Of a stretch of DNA of 64,000 nt, positions 62,178 to 64,000 are shown one piece after another. The stretch lies in the NCBI RefSeq assembly GCF_009914755.1, contig NC_060940.1; one strand, given 5' to 3'. The notes beneath the pieces were generated by a model that was not told where the DNA came from, did not search any database, and was given only the letters and a program-made list of their open reading frames with translations. Position 1 is the first letter of the stretch. Each line of letters begins with the position of its first letter. Origin of the DNA: the human T2T-CHM13v2.0 reference genome, Homo sapiens. A program made the translations under genes and the position numbers.

Positions 62178-62477
<300 letters not shown>

Positions 62478-63239
62478 TCAGGAGGCTGAGGCAGAAGAAT
62501 CACTTGAACCCAGGAGGCGGAGGTTGCAGTGAGCTGAGATCACGCCACTGCACTGCCACCTGGGCAACAGAGCAAGACTCTGTCTCAAAAGGAAAAAAAA
62601 AGAGGAAGAAGAAGAAGTGAAGAAGTAGAGGCATTTGAGATAGATGTTAGCCGGGCAGAGGGTGGGAGCCCTTCCTACCAGAGGGTAAACCCTGCCTGGC
62701 TGTTGCTGCTTTCCTGGACTGAGAAAGAGGAACCGACCAGAATCGTGAGACTGGCCAATCTTGGATGAGGGTGCTAGTTTTATAAGATAAAATTGAAGAA
62801 GAAGCTGGGGCTAGGTTGCATATCCAGGTAAGGAATTTGGGCTTTATTTTAAGAGCAATGAAAGGGAAGAGATCTAACTTAGATTTTGTTTGTTTTGAGA
62901 GCCATAGTCTCACTCTGTCATCCAGGCTGGAGTGCCCTGTCATGATCATAGCTCACTGCAGCCTCAAACTCCTGGGCTCAAGGGATCCTCCTGCCATGAT
63001 TGCTACTTTATTTTATTTTACTTTATTTTATTTTATTTTATTTTATTTTATTTTATTTTATTTTATTTTATTTCATAGAGATGGGATCTTGCTTTGTTGC
63101 CCAGGCTGGTCTCAAACTCCTAGCCTCAAGCAATTCTACCACCTCAGTCTCCCAAAGTGCTGGGATTGTAGGAGTGAGCCACCATCCCAGCCCAATTAAC
63201 ATTTGTAAAATCCTCTCTTAAATCCACAGTATGGATAAA

Positions 63240-64000
63240 ATGACAAATCATTATTGAAGGACATTAAAGAATGTGTAAATAAATGAAAAGCTGTCCTGTG
63301 TTTCTGATGGAATAGTCAACATTATCAAGATGTTCCAAAATGACTTCTGGAGTCAATGCAATTCCAAAGTCTCAACAGAGCTTTTCATAAAACCAGTTGG
63401 GTCTAAAGTGGATATGGAAGAACAAAGGGCCAAGAATATTCAAGATACTCCTTAACCACAACAGTATGGTATTGACAGGGATAGACATATTGACAAACGG
63501 AACTGAGGAGAGGGCAGAAAGGGACCCATACACTAGGTGAAGCTTGATTATGACAGCCTTGCCCCAGCAGGTCTGTGGGAAAAGAATGGGCTATTTAGTA
63601 AATGGTACTGGGACAATTGGTAACCCATATGGGTATAAAGAGAACTTGCATAAACGCCTGGTGTTAAAAGATTCAAAGTTTTAAAATTTTCTTTAGCAGA
63701 AAACTTTGTACAATATCTTTATGACCTCAGAAATGAGAATAATTTTTTAAACAAGATCCAAAAAATACTATAAAGGAAACTATTGACAAATTTGACTAAA
63801 TTAAAATTAAGAATTCTGTTCATCATCCTTTGCTGATAAAGGAAGTGAAAAAATAAGATATAAGCTGGGAGATGATATTTACATTAAATATAATCAATAA
63901 AATATTAGTATCCATGAAATACAAAGAACTTTAACAAATTGCGAAGACCAAAAATCCACTAATAAAATGGCAAAAGACATGGAAAGGCATTATCACTACA
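63240..64000 (+). mobile_element. Old L1ME-type ORF2 fragment
   Basis: Degenerate ORF2 motifs (atatggaagaacaaagggccaagaat; aaatggtactgggacaattgg). Confidence 0.75.

Overview
Alu-dense primate genomic DNA, almost certainly human because it carries an AluYa5 with all five diagnostic bases. It contains no intact protein-coding gene; the supplied ORFs are almost all Alu, L1, LTR or microsatellite read-throughs. The unique sequence between the repeats hides a decayed, spliced gene on the minus strand (~32317 to 14371). I reconstructed 12 phase-compatible exons. Their core aligns essentially colinearly with my recollection of the anticodon-binding-like domain and following helices of NCOA5, with an Arg/Ser-rich N-terminus and a Pro/Leu-rich C-terminus. 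It is disabled by stops, frameshifts, an 8-bp duplication and lost splice sites, so it is an unprocessed, probably unitary, NCOA5-like pseudogene. From memory this is probably NCOA5LP at 16q12.1, which I could not verify. Its putative last exon lies inside a young ~400-bp, ~98%-identical local inverted duplication (13095-13496 / 14102-14508) that would fold a read-through transcript into a long hairpin. Its putative 5' end carries clustered MYB-type motifs. A second, older multi-step template-switch rearrangement lies at 43.6-45.4 kb. The rest is ~60 Alus, L1M/L2/MIR fragments, MaLR and ERV1 LTRs, MADE1/MER3/MER44/MER58/Tigger3 DNA elements and simple repeats. Repeat boundaries and subfamily names are by eye and approximate.
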